46,178 nucleotides of DNA, from NCBI RefSeq assembly GCF_004010195.1, contig NC_057750.1, positions 1,449,218 to 1,495,395 on the forward strand, given 5' to 3'. The DNA comes from Chiloscyllium plagiosum. Lineage: Eukaryota. This document shows, in pieces, positions 46,055 through 46,178 of the stretch (positions within the stretch are counted from its first letter, which is position 1; each line of letters opens with the position of its first letter). The notes under the pieces were generated by a model. The model did no database searches. It saw only the letters and a program-made list of their open reading frames with translations, and had not been told where the DNA came from. The translations under genes were made by a program, and so were the position numbers.

Positions 46055-46178
46055 CCGGGCGGTGGGGATCCCCACTGGAGGGCTCTCTACGCGGGAGTCC
46101 TCCCCCTTTCTCTCGGGGATCTGGGGTGGAGGGTGCTGCACGCAGCAGTCCCCTGCAACCGCAGATTGCGATGGTTCA
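46055..46178 (+). mobile_element. 5'-truncated Tx1/L1-clade LINE ORF2, zf-RVT region, continuing off the right edge
   Basis: Open frame GGGDPHWRALYAGVLPLSLGDLGWRVLHAAVPCNRRLRWF; CpG-rich. Confidence 0.78.

Overview
Repeat-dense, non-bacterial vertebrate DNA. The repeat complement points to a cartilaginous fish, probably an orectolobiform (bamboo/carpet) shark: HE1-type V-SINEs, Deu-domain SINEs, many CR1 LINEs and Penelope-derived hairpin repeats. The taxon is inferred, not proven. It is a draft assembly with two N gaps (19227-19360, 39998-40281). I could not recognise any host protein-coding gene. Almost all ORFs in the supplied track are TE fragments, their antisense frames, or repeat read-through. 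Coding signal I can support: (1) an uninterrupted CR1 ORF1 (CxxC, coiled coil, SGNH/GDSL esterase) on the minus strand from 826 off the left edge, absent from the ORF track; (2) decayed CR1 ORF2 (APE/RT) pieces; (3) two Penelope GIY-YIG C-terminal remnants; (4) a Gypsy gag remnant; (5) a Tx1/L1 zf-RVT fragment at the right edge. The most interesting signal is about 16 Penelope-like element (PLE) ends from several families. Many are 56-230 bp non-coding, self-inverted insertions with clear 11-16 bp target-site duplications. Several carry minimal hammerhead ribozyme cores (CUGANGA-A-stem II-GAAA followed by a loop-less palindromic helix III). Also present are three solo LTRs, nested insertion chains, and a 25-bp x19 minisatellite whose variation is concentrated at one CpG inside a TACGTG motif. 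Boundaries of old repeats are approximate.
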